Below, piece by piece: positions 49,946 through 53,728 of a DNA stretch of 53,728 nt. A model generated the notes under the pieces. The model was not told the origin of the DNA. It did no database searches and saw only the letters and a list, made by a program, of their open reading frames with translations. Every line of letters begins with the position of its first letter. Within the stretch, counting starts at the first letter, position 1. Made by a program: the position numbers and the translations under genes. Source of the DNA: Comamonadaceae bacterium (GTDB taxonomy: Bacteria > Pseudomonadota > Gammaproteobacteria > Burkholderiales > Burkholderiaceae_C); assembly GCA_947448375.1 (NCBI GenBank), contig CANFMY010000001.1, forward strand, positions 1-53,728, read 5' to 3'.

Positions 49946-50875
49946 ATGGACATCCTGCTGCAACAGGTGATCAATGGCCTGGTACTGGGCAGCATGTATG
50001 CCCTGGTGGCCTTGGGCTACACCATGGTGTACGGCATCATCAACCTGATCAACTTTGCCCACGGCGAGGTGCTCATGGTGGGTGCGCTCACCAGCTGGAC
50101 CGTGGTGATGTGGTTGCAAGACGTGGCCCCCGGTTTGCCCGGCCCGGTGATGCTGGTGATCGCGCTGGTGGTGGCCTGTGCCGTGGCGGCATTGCTCAAC
50201 TACACCATTGAAAAGCTGGCGTACCGGCCCTTGCGCAATGCGCCCAAACTCGCGCCGCTGATCACCGCCATCGGGGTCTCCCTCCTGTTGCAGACGCTGG
50301 CCATGATCCTCTGGAAGCCCAACTACAAACCGTATCCGGCCCTGCTGCCCACCACGCCCTTTGACATCGCCGGTGCGGTGATCACGCCGGTGCAGATCAT
50401 GATCCTGGTGGTCACCGCCAGTTCGCTGGCGGTGCTGATGTGGCTGGTGCACGCCACCCCACTCGGCCGCGCCATGCGCGCCACGGCCGAGAACCCGCGC
50501 GTGGCCAGTCTCATGGGCGTTCGACCCGACGCGGTCATCTCCGCCACCTTCATCATCGGTGCCGTGCTGGCCGCCATTGCCGGGGTGATGTGGGCCCTGA
50601 ACTACGGCACGGTGCAGCACGCGATGGGATTCCTGCCGGGGCTCAAGGCCTTCACCGCGGCGGTGTTCGGGGGCATTGGCAACCTCGCCGGTGCGGTGGT
50701 CGGCGGCTTGTTGCTGGGGCTGATCGAGTCGATCGGCTCGGGCTATATCGGCGACCTCACGGGCGGAGTGCTGGGCAGCCACTACGCCGATATTTTTGCC
50801 TTCCTGGTGCTGATTCTGATGCTCACCCTCAGGCCTTCGGGCCTGCTGGGCGAGCGGGTCGCGGACCGGGCTTGA
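49946..50875 (+). CDS. livH: Branched-chain amino acid ABC transporter permease
   Basis: QQVINGLVLGSMYALVALGYTMVYG...INFAHG, GRAMRA, KAFTAAVFGGIG. Confidence 0.93.
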   Translation: MDILLQQVINGLVLGSMYALVALGYTMVYGIINLINFAHGEVLMVGALTSWTVVMWLQDVAPGLPGPVMLVIALVVACAVAALLNYTIEKLAYRPLRNAPKLAPLITAIGVSLLLQTLAMILWKPNYKPYPALLPTTPFDIAGAVITPVQIMILVVTASSLAVLMWLVHATPLGRAMRATAENPRVASLMGVRPDAVISATFIIGAVLAAIAGVMWALNYGTVQHAMGFLPGLKAFTAAVFGGIGNLAGAVVGGLLLGLIESIGSGYIGDLTGGVLGSHYADIFAFLVLILMLTLRPSGLLGERVADRA

Positions 50876-50886
50876 GGAGACCGGAC

Positions 50887-51971
<1,085 letters not shown>

Positions 51972-51975
<4 letters not shown>

Positions 51976-52745
51976 GTGGCGCCCCCTTGCTCGATGTGTC
52001 GGGCATCTCCAAGCGCTTTGGCGGTTTGCAGGCCCTGAGCGAGGTGGGCTTGTGCATTCAACCCGGCCAGGTCTACGGCCTGATTGGCCCCAACGGGGCC
52101 GGCAAGACCACCTTCTTCAACGTCATCACCGGCTTGTACGCCCCCGACAGTGGCCGCTTCGAGCTGGCGGGCAAGCCGTATGAACCCACGGCGGTGCACC
52201 GGGTGGCGCGTGCCGGCATTGCCCGCACCTTCCAGAACATCCGCCTCTTTGCCGACATGACCGCGCTGGAAAACGTGATGGTGGGGCGGCATGTGCGCAC
52301 CCAGTCCGGGGTGTGGGGGGCGCTGTGGCGGTCGGCGGCCTTTGTGAAAGAAGAGGCCGAGATCGAACAGGCCGCCCATCACTGGCTGCGCTACGTGGGC
52401 ATCGACCACCTCGCGGCGCAGAAATCCCGTACCTTGAGCTACGGGGACCAGCGCCGTCTGGAAATTGCCCGCGCCCTGGCCACCGAGCCGCTGCTGCTGG
52501 CACTCGACGAACCGGCGGCGGGCATGAACGCCACCGAAAAACTGCAACTGCGCGAGCTGATCGACCGCATTCGCCAGGATGGGCGCACCGTGTTGCTGAT
52601 TGAACATGATGTGAAACTCGTCATGGGGTTGTGCGACCGCGTGACCGTGCTCGACGAGGGGCGCTGCATCGCCGAAGGCCTGCCAGCCGAGGTGCAGCGC
52701 AATGCGCGCGTGATCGAGGCCTATCTGGGCGCGGGAGGGCATTGA
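51972..52745 (+). CDS. livG: Branched-chain amino acid ABC transporter ATP-binding protein
   Basis: KRFGGL, GPNGAGKTT, ARTFQNIRLF, LSYGDQRRLEIARA, DEPAAG. Confidence 0.93.
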
Positions 52746-52746
52746 G

Positions 52747-53478
52747 ATGAACACCCCCTCCCAGCACCCGGTGCCGCTGCTGTCGGTTCGCGACTTGCGC
52801 GTCTCCTACGGCGGCATTCAGGCCGTGAAGGGCGTGAGCTTTGAGGTCATGCCGGGTGAACTGGTGTGCCTGATCGGCTCCAATGGCGCTGGCAAAACCA
52901 CCACCATGAAGGCGGTGACGCGCTTGCTGCCTTTCTCGGGCGATGTGCTCTACCAGGGACAGTCATTGACGACGCAGGGCCCCTGGAACCTGGTCGGCCA
53001 GGGCCTCGCGATGGTGCCCGAAGGACGTGGCGTGTTTGCTCGCATGTCGGTGCTGGAAAACCTGCAGATGGGCGCGTATCAGCGCCACGACACGGCGGAT
53101 ATCGCCGCCGACATCGAGCGGATGTATGGTCTGTTCCCACGCCTGAAGGAGCGCCGCTTGCAACTGGCTGGCACGCTCTCGGGGGGCGAGCAGCAAATGC
53201 TCGCCATGGGCCGCGCCTTGATGAGCCGACCGCGCATGCTGCTGCTCGATGAGCCCTCGATGGGCTTGTCCCCCTTGATGGTGGACCGTATTTTCGAGGT
53301 GATCGCGCAAGTGGCCGCCGAGGGTGTCACGCTGCTCCTGGTGGAGCAAAACGCCAGCCGCGCGCTCAAGCTGGCGCAACGTGGTTATGTGATGGAGTCG
53401 GGTGAGATCACCCTCTCAGGCCCGGCGTCCGAGCTGCTCGACGACCCCAAGGTGCAGGCGGCGTACCTGGGGCACTGA
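52747..53478 (+). CDS. livF: Branched-chain amino acid ABC transporter ATP-binding protein
   Basis: GSNGAGKTT, VPEGRGVF, LSGGEQQMLA, DEPSMGL, VEQNA. Confidence 0.94.
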   Translation: MNTPSQHPVPLLSVRDLRVSYGGIQAVKGVSFEVMPGELVCLIGSNGAGKTTTMKAVTRLLPFSGDVLYQGQSLTTQGPWNLVGQGLAMVPEGRGVFARMSVLENLQMGAYQRHDTADIAADIERMYGLFPRLKERRLQLAGTLSGGEQQMLAMGRALMSRPRMLLLDEPSMGLSPLMVDRIFEVIAQVAAEGVTLLLVEQNASRALKLAQRGYVMESGEITLSGPASELLDDPKVQAAYLGH

Positions 53479-53484
53479 CCCCAT

Positions 53485-53728
53485 TCAATCGACGCGTGCG
53501 CCGCTGGCCTTCACGACCTTCTCGTACTTGGCGCGCTCGCTCGCCATGAACTCGCCAAACGCTGCGGGGGCATTCACCACCGGCTCGGCCATCAGTTGTG
53601 CAAAGCGCGTGCGCGTTGGCGGGTCGTTCAGGGCCGCGGCAAACGCCTGGTGCAGCCGCTGAACCACCTCTGGCGGGGTGGCCGCAGGGGCCACCAGCCC
53701 CCACCAGGTGTCGATTTCCAAACCCGGC
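53485..53728 (-). CDS. Bug/TctC family substrate-binding protein (3' end only)
   Basis: WWGLVAPAATP...ERAKYEKVVKASGARVD, similar to the C-terminus of the Bug protein at 4965-5939. Confidence 0.85.
   Translation of the reverse strand, partial: PGLEIDTWWGLVAPAATPPEVVQRLHQAFAAALNDPPTRTRFAQLMAEPVVNAPAAFGEFMASERAKYEKVVKASGARVD

Overview
GC-rich chromosomal window that looks like a Burkholderiales (probably Comamonadaceae-like) betaproteobacterium. This is inferred from gene content and order, not from a database search. It is almost entirely core genome: metG/apbC, a complete System I cytochrome c maturation locus (ccmA-I), the PHP-yciO-site-2 protease-trpS cluster, recJ, lolCD, tatD, tctBA, qor, ribF-ileS-lspA, purN, two acyl-CoA dehydrogenases, an rsmB-like methyltransferase, desA, rpmB-rpmG, trxB, ftsK-lolA-rarA and livHMGF. 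I found no rRNA, tRNA, CRISPR array, prophage or IS element. The best candidate for an undescribed system is a FemAB-like GNAT transferase translationally coupled to ccmA. It sits 20 bp from a divergent small membrane protein ending in C-x4-C, and the two genes share overlapping -10 hexamers. Other notable signals are an FNR-type box at class II spacing inside the ccm locus, at least seven apparently leaderless genes, a FadP-like palindrome inside the purN 3' end, a probable homopolymer-caused EamA-SDR pseudo-fusion, a probable CTG start codon, a 4Fe-4S-type motif in TrpRS, and an HNH gene coupled to purN.
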